Of a stretch of 58,174 nucleotides of DNA, positions 12,995-21,735 are shown piece by piece. The position numbers and the translations under genes were made by a program. The DNA lies in the NCBI GenBank assembly GCA_051876075.1, contig JBJEHM010000037.1:5566-63739 (forward strand). Reading direction: 5' to 3'. Position 1 is the stretch's first letter. Each line of letters starts with the position of its first letter. The notes under the pieces were generated by a model. The model saw nothing but the letters and a program-made list of their open reading frames with translations. It did not search any database and was not told the DNA's origin. Source of the stretch: Coriobacteriales bacterium. Lineage in GTDB: Bacteria; Actinomycetota; Coriobacteriia; Coriobacteriales; QAMH01.

Positions 12995-14545
12995 TCAGCA
13001 TCCCAAGCGTCTTATCAAGCGGAACTCCGCGTCCAGGCGGCGGCGCACGGCGGGGTCGTCAAGATCGAGTCCGTACGTATCTTGCAGGCGCTGAATGCGG
13101 TAGGCGAGTGTGTTGCGGTGCACGAAGAGCCGCTCGGCCGCAAGCCCTGTCTTGCGCTCGCACTCCAGGTAGACTTGAAGGACATGGGCGTCGTCGGTAC
13201 CGTTCTCCTCGTCTGAACGCGTGATGAGGGCTGCGCGGCTGTGCTGTAGGCAGGTCTCGACAAAGTCCCTGCTCTGCAGGCCGCTGAGCATCAGGTAATC
13301 CGCGAACAAGCTGCTGAAGCTGTGGATGCACGCGCTGGGATAGCCAAACGCGGCACCCGTCTTCAAACCCTCGCACAGCTGCTGGTAGGCAAACGACAGG
13401 CTGCGCAGCTCCTGGATCGAATCCGAGCAGATGCAAGTGGCGTCGTAGCGGGCTAGGTGTTCCTCCAACGCATTTGCAAAGGAACTGTCGGCGCCCTGGG
13501 CCGCGGGTGCCAACACGAGCACGCGGGATTCCGTCAAGGCGAGCACCAGCGGGTGGGACAGCCTTGCAAGCTCCATCGCGCGTTGGGCTGCTATCTGGCG
13601 TTCCTGAGAGTGCAGTCCATAGTCCACAACCATCAGCAACATGGCCTGCCCATCGGTAAAGCCGCGCTCGGCCAGCGCCTTGCGCACCTTGCGGTTGACA
13701 CCGACTAACCCTGTGGCGCAGTCCGTCAGCGCAGCAGACGCGCTTTCCTCAAAGATCGACTCCGAAGGTGGGTTGCGTTGAATTCCCAGCTCGATGGCGT
13801 CGATCATCAGCTGCAGCTTGTCTTTGAGGGCGGGCGTGAGGCTGCAGTGCTCCAGGTGGACCACCAGGTGCATGTAGTAGTTGCCGTTGACCCTGAAGAC
13901 ATAGAAGACAAGCGGGTAGCTGCGGTAGTTCGTAGTCGTCTCTATGAGCGTGATACCGTCGACGAGCTCCCACTGCGTGGAAAGGCCCGACTCCTGAAAG
14001 TGCAGCACAGCTTCCTCGTCGAACGACCCATTTTCGATTGCGCGGAGCACAACGTCCTCTCGCGGGCGGAGCTCGCTGGTGTATGCGACGATCTGCAAGC
14101 CCACACCCGAGACGATCATGGGGCAGCCGATGAAGGGGGCGCTGGCGTTCAAGATCGCATTGAAGTCAGCGCCATCAAGGGCGAGTTCTGTTATGCAGCG
14201 CTCCCAAGCCAAGGTTTCTTGGAAGAGTACAGAAAGGTCTGCCGCTACGGCTGCGATACCGCGTTTGTCACGCACGCCTAGGCAGCGCCCGGTGACGGTT
14301 AGTGCTCCCAGCGGTTTGTCACTTTCTTCCAGCAAGCAAACTGCCTGGAGCAGTGGGCGGCGTTCCAGCTCCTCGAGGCAGCGGTCCTGGTCGGTTTCGA
14401 GCAGGAGGAGCTGGCTGTCGTCAAAGCCGTGCAGCTGCTGTCCCGCGGCCACAAGCCCGGTAAAGTCGGAAGACTCATCTGCTGGCAAGAAGGCGAGTGA
14501 GCACTGCCCGAGTGATTCGATGATCATGTTGAAGCTTACAGTCAT
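12995..14545 (-). CDS. PucR/CdaR-family transcriptional regulator
   Basis: C-terminal HTH LQVYLECERKTGLAAERLFVHRNTLAYRIQRL...DLDD typical of PucR-type regulators. ATG 14545 lies 9 nt after TACAAT; the ORF-track start 14575 is an alternative. Confidence 0.9.
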   Translation of the reverse strand: MTVSFNMIIESLGQCSLAFLPADESSDFTGLVAAGQQLHGFDDSQLLLLETDQDRCLEELERRPLLQAVCLLEESDKPLGALTVTGRCLGVRDKRGIAAVAADLSVLFQETLAWERCITELALDGADFNAILNASAPFIGCPMIVSGVGLQIVAYTSELRPREDVVLRAIENGSFDEEAVLHFQESGLSTQWELVDGITLIETTTNYRSYPLVFYVFRVNGNYYMHLVVHLEHCSLTPALKDKLQLMIDAIELGIQRNPPSESIFEESASAALTDCATGLVGVNRKVRKALAERGFTDGQAMLLMVVDYGLHSQERQIAAQRAMELARLSHPLVLALTESRVLVLAPAAQGADSSFANALEEHLARYDATCICSDSIQELRSLSFAYQQLCEGLKTGAAFGYPSACIHSFSSLFADYLMLSGLQSRDFVETCLQHSRAALITRSDEENGTDDAHVLQVYLECERKTGLAAERLFVHRNTLAYRIQRLQDTYGLDLDDPAVRRRLDAEFRLIRRLGC

Positions 14546-14784
14546 AACGGTCCCATTGTATCCACCCCAGGACACTCACGAGCTCGTCCATTTGGCCAAG
14601 GAGCGCTTGGCGTGCGGGCCTGGAGCCGGGAATGCGAGATGCGGAGGCAGGGAACGCCTGGCGTATGCCATCAGCGGCGGGAGCCCCGTCTTTTGGCCCC
14701 ACTTTCTGTGCCTGCAGGCACATTGTGCGGGGTGTTCCGTAGGAATCAAGTCAAGCTGTCCAAAAATGCGGCACCACTTCGCCT

Positions 14785-15055
14785 CCACCAGGCCCGCCTC
14801 CGCCAGCCTCTCCAGCGTTCCCTTGAGCCTCCCGGAGGGGATGTCGACCTCCCCCGCCAGCTCATCGGCGGTGCACCTGCGGTTCCTCTTGAGGGCGTCG
14901 AGCACCAGCAGCGAGCTCAGCGGCAGCGCGGTTCCGCGGCGGTCGCGCTCCTCTGCGAGCATCCTCACGAACTCCGCGTCCGGCTCGCTCCTTGCGATGA
15001 AGAGGCTGACCTTGGTGGAGTCGGACTCCGTGTAGTCTGGGAGGGGGCGCCCGAG
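14785..15055 (-). pseudogene. Internal fragment of a winged-helix regulator, resembling the C-terminal part of Schlafen/AlbA_2-HATPase-HTH proteins
   Basis: Manual translation GRPLPDYTESDSTKVSLFIARSEPDAEFVRMLAEE...LLVLDALKRNRR...LERLAEAGLVEAK. No N-terminal domain or proper start, and similarity stops abruptly. Family recognised from memory only. Confidence 0.55.
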
Positions 15056-15076
15056 CTCACCCCGCAGGTTCAGTCC

Positions 15077-15532
15077 CTACAGCTCCCAGGCGCGCGTTGG
15101 CCCCACGACCCCGTCGCTGAGCTCTACGGTCAGGCACTGCCGCTTGCTGCCCTTGCGGGGCCTGCTGGCGCTGCCGGGGTTGATGATGCGGCACTCCCCC
15201 ATCATCTCATCGCGCGGCACGTGCGTGTGCCCGTGCACCACCAGCTTCAGCCCGCCGCCGCGCGCCAGGGCCTCGCCGTCTTGCGGGAAGTGGGTCACAG
15301 CAAAGGGCACGCCGCCGATGACGCCGCGGGCGATGCGCCCCACAGAGCTGCCGTAATCCTGCCAGTCGTTGTTGCCCAGGCAGCAGAACGTGGGGGCGAT
15401 CGCCTCGAGCTCCCAGAGCACGCTGGGACGCCCCATGTCGCCAGCGCAGATGATGTAGTCGACGCCCGCGAAGACGCGGTAGATGTCCTCGGAGAGGTCC
15501 CCGTGCACGTCGCTGATGATCCCAACCCTCAC
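15077..15532 (-). CDS. Metallophosphoesterase, YfcE/MJ0936 family
   Basis: ISDVHG, CAGD, LGNND, VTH, HGHTHVP, INPGS motifs; GTG start just after the kinase stop. Confidence 0.9.
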   Translation of the reverse strand: MRVGIISDVHGDLSEDIYRVFAGVDYIICAGDMGRPSVLWELEAIAPTFCCLGNNDWQDYGSSVGRIARGVIGGVPFAVTHFPQDGEALARGGGLKLVVHGHTHVPRDEMMGECRIINPGSASRPRKGSKRQCLTVELSDGVVGPTRAWEL

Positions 15533-15536
15533 GGCG

Positions 15537-16469
15537 CTACTCTTCCCCCTGCTCGGCCTCTGCGGCCCCGTCTGCGGGAGGCAGGCTGGGCAGCGCCACG
15601 ATGAAGGCGGCACCGGCGTTGGGCAGGTTGGCGGCCTCGACCGTGCCCCCCATGGCGGTGGTGAGGGCCTTCACGATGGCCAGCCCCAAGCCGCTGTTGC
15701 CGCTGCCCTTGTGGCGCACGCGGCTCTGGTCTGCGCGGTAGAAGCGGTCGAAGAGGTGGCTGGGGTCCTCGTCTCCAAAACCGGGTCCGTCGTCGACCAC
15801 GGCGATGACGCTGTAGCCGTTGACGTAGCTGATCTCAACGCGCACGCGCTCCTTGGCGTAGCGGCTCGCGTTCTCTATGAGGTTGACAAGGATCTGGTTG
15901 ACGGCGTCTGCGTTGCCGTTGACGTCGGGAGCCTCGCCGCTGAGCTCCAGACGGCAGCCCCGCTCCTCCAGCAGCTCGCCCATGAGCAGGGCGCAGTTGT
16001 CTGCCACGGCGCGCAGGTTGAGGCGCGAGAGCTCCATGTCCTGGCCTTCTGCCTTCTGGAGGGTGAGCAGGTCGTTTGCCAGGCGGGTAAGGCGGTCGCA
16101 CTCGTTGATGATCTGCGCCAGGAAGCGCCTCTGCAGCTCTTCTGGCACGCCGCCGTCGAGTAGGGTCTCCGCTGTGCCGCGGATGGCGGTGAGGGGCGTG
16201 CGGATCTCATGGCTCACATCGCTCACGAACTGCGCCTGGCGCGCCTCCTCGGTGAGGAGCTCGTTGACGTTGTCGACGATGAAGTCCATGACCTCGCGGG
16301 GAGGGTTCTCCTTCTTGAAGTACTCCAGGACGGCGGGCGGCAGCTCTCGGGCGTAGAACTCCTCTGCACTGCCGCAGCGTTCGTGCTCCTCGCAAGCGCA
16401 GCTGCCGTTTTCGCAGGCCCCTGCGCGGCGCGCGGCCTGGTGCTTCTTGTCGTTGCTGATGCTGGCCAT
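15537..16469 (-). CDS. Soluble sensor histidine kinase (HisKA + HATPase), no transmembrane segment
   Basis: H-box DVSHEIRTPLT, N-box NLIENA, DDGPG, FDRFYR, SGLGLAI. Confidence 0.92.
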   Translation of the reverse strand: MASISNDKKHQAARRAGACENGSCACEEHERCGSAEEFYARELPPAVLEYFKKENPPREVMDFIVDNVNELLTEEARQAQFVSDVSHEIRTPLTAIRGTAETLLDGGVPEELQRRFLAQIINECDRLTRLANDLLTLQKAEGQDMELSRLNLRAVADNCALLMGELLEERGCRLELSGEAPDVNGNADAVNQILVNLIENASRYAKERVRVEISYVNGYSVIAVVDDGPGFGDEDPSHLFDRFYRADQSRVRHKGSGNSGLGLAIVKALTTAMGGTVEAANLPNAGAAFIVALPSLPPADGAAEAEQGEE

Positions 16470-16481
16470 AGACGGGGCCTC

Positions 16482-17270
16482 CTAAGCTCGGGTGCCGCCG
16501 CAGCAGCCCCGGTTCTTCTCGTAGATGATGCGCAGGCCCTCCAGCGTGAGGTCCGGCTCGAAGGCGGTAATGGTTGTTGATGCCCCCATGAGGTAGCGCC
16601 CCAGCCCGCCGCTGGCGATGACCGGAGCCTCGTAGCCCAGCTCGGCGAAAATGCGCTGCACCAGGCCGTCGATGCGGGCGACCTCGCCCAGCATGATGCC
16701 GCTGCGCATGGCGTCTGCCGTGTTGGTGCCGATGACATGGGGCGGCATGGAGAGCCCCACCTGCGAGAGCAGGGCGCCGCGCTTGAAGAGGCTGTCTGCG
16801 CCGCTGCGGAGGCCCGGGGCGATGATGCCGCCGCGGAACGCGCCCTTGTCGTCGACCACCTCGATGTTGGTTGCGGTGCCCAAGTCGACCACGACGACAG
16901 GAGCCCCATAGCGCGCAACGGCGGCCACGGCGTCTGCCACGCGGTCTGCACCCACCTCCGAGGGGTTGTCGTAGTGCATGGGCAGCCCGCTTTTGACGCC
17001 CGGCCCGACGATCACGGGCCTGCGCCCGGTGATGCGCTCTGCGACCATCCCCCAGGTGCTCGTGAGAGCGGGCACCACGCTGGCCACCACCACGTCGTCG
17101 ATGCAGTTCAGGCTGCGCCCGCCCAGCACAAGCTGGGTGTAGAGCGTCTGGTGGAGCTCGTCAGGGGTGTCTGCCGCGCGGGTGGTGACGGCCCAGCGGG
17201 CGACCATCTCGGCGTTTAGGAAGAGGCCGGCCGTGGTCTGCGTGTTGCCGATGTCGACTGCAAGAAGCAT
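16482..17270 (-). CDS. coaX: Type III pantothenate kinase
   Basis: MLLAVDIGNT, ASVVP, EVGADR, VDLGTAT, GGIIAPG. True start 17270; the ORF-track extension to 18194 is antisense to the response regulator. Confidence 0.95.
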   Translation of the reverse strand: MLLAVDIGNTQTTAGLFLNAEMVARWAVTTRAADTPDELHQTLYTQLVLGGRSLNCIDDVVVASVVPALTSTWGMVAERITGRRPVIVGPGVKSGLPMHYDNPSEVGADRVADAVAAVARYGAPVVVVDLGTATNIEVVDDKGAFRGGIIAPGLRSGADSLFKRGALLSQVGLSMPPHVIGTNTADAMRSGIMLGEVARIDGLVQRIFAELGYEAPVIASGGLGRYLMGASTTITAFEPDLTLEGLRIIYEKNRGCCGGTRA

Positions 17271-17426
17271 GGTGTTCCTCCCAAGGCGTGGGGCGCTGCG
17301 TGTGGCTACCGATGGTACTGCAACATGGCAGCAGCACGGTAACAAAGCGCCGTTGCTCAGCTGGCCGCATGACACAATAGTGCCATTCAGGAATCCCCCC
17401 GGGCACAGCCCGCTAAGGAGGCAGCC

Positions 17427-18149
17427 ATGGAAGAACTCAACGAGCAGCGCATCCTCGTGGTCGATGACGAGGAAAGCATCACAGACATCGTCAGCTTCAA
17501 CCTCCTGAAGGAAGGCTACAAGGTCGACGTCGCCCACAGCGGCGACAAGGCGGTCGCCATGGCCAAGGCCAACGAGTACGACCTCGTGATCCTCGACGTC
17601 ATGCTCCCCGGCATAGACGGCTACGAGGTCTGCCGCCGCATCCGCAGCGCCTCCAACGTCCCCGTCCTCTTCCTCTCTGCAAGGGACACAGAGCTCGACA
17701 AGGTCGTGGGCCTGGAGCTCGGCGGGGACGACTACCTCGCCAAGCCCTTTGGCATCCGCGAGCTGCTGGCTCGCGTCCACGCCCTCCTGCGCCGCGCCCC
17801 CCAGCAGGGCAGCGCCATGGAAGAAGGCGTGCGCGTGCTCGACGTCAGCGGCGTGCACCTGGACGAGGCCGGCCACCGCGCCACCTACAACGGCACAGAG
17901 ATCGAGCTCACCCCGCGCGAGTTCGAGCTGCTGGCCACGCTCATGGCCCATGCGGGCACCGTGCTCGGCCGCGAGCAGCTCCTCAAGGAGGCCTGGGACT
18001 GGCAGTACGTGGTAGAGACCAAGACCGTCGACACCCACATCAAGCGCCTGCGCGACAAGCTCTCCAGCGTCGGTCTGAGTCCCAGCGTCATCGAGACCGT
18101 CCGCGGCTACGGCTACCGCTTTGTCAAGAACTTCGTGAACCCCGCCTAA
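17427..18149 (+). CDS. OmpR/PhoB-family response regulator
   Basis: ILVVDDE, ILDVMLP, DDYLAKPF, LTPREFELL, VDTHIKRLRDK, ETVRGYGY; GGAGG RBS. Confidence 0.95.
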   Translation: MEELNEQRILVVDDEESITDIVSFNLLKEGYKVDVAHSGDKAVAMAKANEYDLVILDVMLPGIDGYEVCRRIRSASNVPVLFLSARDTELDKVVGLELGGDDYLAKPFGIRELLARVHALLRRAPQQGSAMEEGVRVLDVSGVHLDEAGHRATYNGTEIELTPREFELLATLMAHAGTVLGREQLLKEAWDWQYVVETKTVDTHIKRLRDKLSSVGLSPSVIETVRGYGYRFVKNFVNPA

Positions 18150-18184
18150 CGCAGGAGCGCTTCGCCCGGGTCCGGTGCTAATCA

Positions 18185-18234
18185 GCACACGCAAAGAGAG
18201 GGGAGGCGATCGCCTCCCCTCTCTTTGCGTGTGC
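18185..18234. terminator. Perfect 50-bp palindrome, likely bidirectional terminator
   Basis: GCACACGCAAAGAGAGGGGAGGCGA immediately followed by its exact reverse complement, between convergent genes. Confidence 0.75.
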
Positions 18235-18253
18235 GTTTGAGCTGCGCGGTGCC

Positions 18254-19786
18254 CTAGCCCCAGAAGCTTCCGCTGTCGCCTTCGCCGTCGCCGTAGATGC
18301 TGCGCAGGTAGTCCTCCAGACTGTAGCCGTTGCCGTACCCGTAGCCCTGCTGGCCCTGGCCTTGGCCCTGACTCTGACTGTTGTCGCCGTTGGCGTCGAG
18401 CTGGCTGGAGTACTTCGTCTGGTCGAGCTCGCTGCCGGTGGTGAGGGTCGCGGTGGCGCTCATGGCCTTGCCGTCGCGCGTGAACTCGATGTTCACCTCG
18501 TCCCCTGCCTTGAGGGGAGACATGGCCGCCTTGAGGTCGCTGTAGGAGCCAACGGAGGTGTTGCCCACCTTGGTGAGCTTGTCGCCCGCCTTCACGCCTG
18601 CCTTGTCTGCTGCGGAGCCCTTGATGACGCCGGTGACGGTGAGGCCGTCGCTGCTGGTCGAGGTGCTGCTGGTGGTGACTCCCAGGAAGGCGGCCTCAAC
18701 ATTGCCGCCCTTCTCGATGATCTCTTCGACCAGGGACTGAGCGGTGCTCTGCGGGATGGCAAAGCCCAGGCCGGCGTTGCTCTGGGAATACGAGGCGAGG
18801 TACTCGACGATGCCGATGAGCTTGCCCTCGGCGTCCACGAGCGCGCCGCCGGAGTTGCCGGGGTTGATGGCGGCGTCCGTCTGGATGACGTCGGAGTTGT
18901 AGTAGGTGTTGTTGCCGTCTTGAACAGCGGAGTTGCGGCCCAGTGCAGAGACGATGCCAACGGTGCAGGTGTTCTCGTAGCCCAGCGGCGAGCCGATCGC
19001 CATGCACCACTCGCCCACGGTGAGGCTGCTGGAGTCGCCCCACTCGGCAACGCTCAAGCCACCCACGGGGATGGTGACCACGGCGAGGTCTGCCTGGGAG
19101 TCATAGCCCACGGCGGTGCAGTTGTAGGTCTGGCCGTTGACGGTGACGGTGGCCTTGGAGCAGTCCTCGAGCACGTGGTAGTTGGTGACGATGTAGCTCT
19201 TGTCAGCGTCGCTGCGGATGATCACGCCGGAGCCCAAGCCGTTGGGGCTGTCAGAGGAAGACGAGCCACCGAAGTACTGGCTCCAGCTGCTGTTTGCGGA
19301 GTACACGTAGATGGTGACTACAGAGTCGAGGCACTTGGCGCTCACGGCCTGTGCCAGGGTGGGGTCCTCGGCGCTCTCCACGGTGATGGTGCCGCTTCCA
19401 CCGCTGCCGCCGCTGCGGAAGATGTTGCCCGCGGGAGTCAGCCCGAAGATGAGACCCGCCGCGATCACCACGCACAGCGCTCCTGCAGCTCCGCCGCCAA
19501 AGGCCTTCCAGAACCCGCACCCGCTCTTGGGGCTGGCCCCCTTCTCTGCGCGACGCTGCTCCTTGGCCTTGCGGCGCTCCTCCTTGTTGGCTGCGCGCTC
19601 TGCCGCCTCTGCCTCCTTGCGCTGGCGACGGGCCTCGGCCTCTGCGTCGCGCGCGCGGCTGGCGTCCATGCCGGCCTGGGCCGCTGCGCTCTGGGCGCGC
19701 CCGTAGGCGGCGTCTGCAGCCTCCTGGCGCTGAGCTTGGCTCATGCCCTCGGGTGGAACGGGCGCTCCGTTGGGGTACTCGCTCAT
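18254..19786 (-). CDS. htrA: HtrA/DegP-family membrane-anchored serine protease with PDZ domain
   Basis: GSGVI, TNYHV, DLAV, IQTDAAINPGNSGG catalytic motifs; one N-terminal TM helix; C-terminal PDZ; AAGGAG before ATG 19786. Confidence 0.93.
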   Translation of the reverse strand: MSEYPNGAPVPPEGMSQAQRQEAADAAYGRAQSAAAQAGMDASRARDAEAEARRQRKEAEAAERAANKEERRKAKEQRRAEKGASPKSGCGFWKAFGGGAAGALCVVIAAGLIFGLTPAGNIFRSGGSGGSGTITVESAEDPTLAQAVSAKCLDSVVTIYVYSANSSWSQYFGGSSSSDSPNGLGSGVIIRSDADKSYIVTNYHVLEDCSKATVTVNGQTYNCTAVGYDSQADLAVVTIPVGGLSVAEWGDSSSLTVGEWCMAIGSPLGYENTCTVGIVSALGRNSAVQDGNNTYYNSDVIQTDAAINPGNSGGALVDAEGKLIGIVEYLASYSQSNAGLGFAIPQSTAQSLVEEIIEKGGNVEAAFLGVTTSSTSTSSDGLTVTGVIKGSAADKAGVKAGDKLTKVGNTSVGSYSDLKAAMSPLKAGDEVNIEFTRDGKAMSATATLTTGSELDQTKYSSQLDANGDNSQSQGQGQGQQGYGYGNGYSLEDYLRSIYGDGEGDSGSFWG

Positions 19787-19931
19787 GATGGTCTCCTTTC
19801 GCAACGTGAGGCACTGCTCACAGTGGTCTCTTTAGCCTGATCAGAGAGTACGCGGGAAACCTGAAAAGCCCCTGAATGGTCACCTGTCCGCAAGGGAGCG
19901 CTACGGTAACGACACAATCCAGGGCAGCGCG

Positions 19932-20963
19932 CTAGAGGATGCCCAGCAGCTCCACCAGCAGCCCGCAGGCTATGCCCACGAGCAGCATGATGCCGCAGAT
20001 GCGCAGGTTCTCGCGCGAGTCGTTGTTGGTGCGCATCAAGACGATGAGCCCGACGCCGGCGTTGACCAGCAGGCCGCTCATCATGGCGCCGCCCGCAAGC
20101 GCCCCGTCCAGGTAAAGCTGGGTGAGGGCGACGGAGACAGCGCAGTTGGGCACGAGCCCCAGCACCGCCGCAACCGCGCAGCCGGCCAGGGGAGCCTCGG
20201 CCATGCGGGCGATGGCGCCCTCGAGGCCGGCCTCGACCACCAGGTTGAGCAGCAGGCAGATGACGAATACGAAGACGGTGATCTGCAGGCTGTGGCGCAG
20301 CGCGGCGAGCACCAGGTGCCCCCATCGGGGCGCTCCGCCCCCCGGAGCCCCGTGGTGGTGCTCGCAGCACGAGTGCTCGTGTTCGTGGCAGTGCTCGTGC
20401 TCGTGCGCGCAGCCCTCGTGCTCCTGGGAGGAGAGGAAGCGCTCGCAGCTCGAGCAGTCGCAGCCGTCTGCGCAGTCGCAGCCCTCCTGGGCACAGAGCT
20501 CGCGGATATCGTTGCCATGGTGGCCCTCGTGCAGGTGCATGCTGCCCAAACCCACATGCTCGCGCCCGGCAGCGCGCAGGGCGGCGTCGAGGCCAAAGCC
20601 CACGAGCAAGCCCACGCACAGCTTGATGCCCAGGACCTTGGCGATGAGGGCGGGCTCCACCTGCTGGGAGATCATGATGGGCAGCATCTCGTCAGAGGTG
20701 ACGAGGAAGACGGAGACCAGCGTGCCCAGGGTCACCACGCGCCCCGCGTACAGAGTGGCCGTAGCCCCGCTGAACCCGCACTGGGGCACGATGCCCAGCA
20801 CGGCGCCGATGAGCGGGCCGGCCTTGCCGCCCTTGGCTAGGGCCTTCTCAAAGCGCTCTGCTGCGCCGTGCTCCAGCCATTCCATGAAGAGGTATGTGAG
20901 GAAGAGGAAGGGCAGCAGCTTGAGGCTGTCGAGCCCGGCGTCGATCAGGGCGTCAAGAAACAA
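19932..20963 (-). CDS. Putative manganese/heavy-metal transporter with His/Cys-rich loop
   Basis: Duplicated PQCG / PNCA motifs, TSDE, multiple TM helices, central His/Cys-rich insert. Confidence 0.75.
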   Translation of the reverse strand: MFLDALIDAGLDSLKLLPFLFLTYLFMEWLEHGAAERFEKALAKGGKAGPLIGAVLGIVPQCGFSGATATLYAGRVVTLGTLVSVFLVTSDEMLPIMISQQVEPALIAKVLGIKLCVGLLVGFGLDAALRAAGREHVGLGSMHLHEGHHGNDIRELCAQEGCDCADGCDCSSCERFLSSQEHEGCAHEHEHCHEHEHSCCEHHHGAPGGGAPRWGHLVLAALRHSLQITVFVFVICLLLNLVVEAGLEGAIARMAEAPLAGCAVAAVLGLVPNCAVSVALTQLYLDGALAGGAMMSGLLVNAGVGLIVLMRTNNDSRENLRICGIMLLVGIACGLLVELLGIL

Positions 20964-21615
20964 AGGATTCCCTCTCTTTGATACCGCCCTCGACGATCTT
21001 CCTCTCGATGGCCGCCAGCTCCTCGGGAGTGTTGGTGTTGATGAAGCAGCCGCCGCGCGGCTCGATCTCTGCGATCATCTCGGGCGTGAATTCGGTCACC
21101 CTCATAGTATCGAACCACGAGGTGGCGCGGGTCTCGCCCTTCTGCAACGCTTCGAGAACGGCGGGAAGGCAGGTCTTTCGGCGGTAGACGCCGTGGAAGG
21201 GCTCGTAGCCGAACTGCGTCTTGGGGACGGCGATGTCTGTCCCCTCTCGCTTGAGAGCGGTGAGTTCGGCGCTTATGAGGTTGCGGCTGGGGAAGATCAT
21301 GTCGCAGGCAACCAGCGCCACATAGGGGTTGCTCGCCGCGTTGAGCGCGGTGTTGACGCCGTGCAGGGCACCGCGGGTGTCGCTGATGTCTGTCACCAGG
21401 CGGATGCGCCCGCTGTCGACCCAGTCGTCCAGAAAGCCCAGGTTCTGGGGCTCGTTGGTGGTGATGATGAACTCGTCTGCCAGGGGCAGGAGGCGGTTGA
21501 CGCCCCTCAGCAAAAGCGGCTCGCCCAAGAAGGGCACGGTTGCCTTGGAGCGGCCCATGCGGCGCGACTCACCGCCTGCTTGGATGACGATAGTGAGGTT
21601 TCCTCGCTTGCTCAA
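20953..21615 (-). CDS. mobA: Molybdenum cofactor guanylyltransferase (MobA-like)
   Basis: AGGESRRMGRSKA, VACDM, EPFHGVY, FINTNTPEEL. Confidence 0.85.
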   Translation of the reverse strand: MSKRGNLTIVIQAGGESRRMGRSKATVPFLGEPLLLRGVNRLLPLADEFIITTNEPQNLGFLDDWVDSGRIRLVTDISDTRGALHGVNTALNAASNPYVALVACDMIFPSRNLISAELTALKREGTDIAVPKTQFGYEPFHGVYRRKTCLPAVLEALQKGETRATSWFDTMRVTEFTPEMIAEIEPRGGCFINTNTPEELAAIERKIVEGGIKERESFVS

Positions 21616-21735
21616 ATTATTCCCCCCTCAAGTTATATGCTCCGCGGAAGTATAGCCCAAGGAGACGCGAGTTGAGGGCGTTTGTTGCCAGCCATGCGTG
21701 CAGGGACGGCAAAACACGGCTTGGAGCAAGCGCCC

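Noticed and set aside
15056..15079. Read-through of the phosphoesterase TAG into the in-frame winged-helix fragment (recoding)
   Set aside because: The phosphoesterase is complete at the stop, the downstream piece is an internal fragment of an unrelated family, and no recoding machinery is visible.
16482..18194. Over-extended ORF-track starts (coaX 570 aa, TrkH fusion 901 aa, argG 498 aa, rpoD 490 aa)
   Set aside because: The extensions overlap neighbouring genes; family N-termini and RBS or -10 positions support the downstream starts used above.
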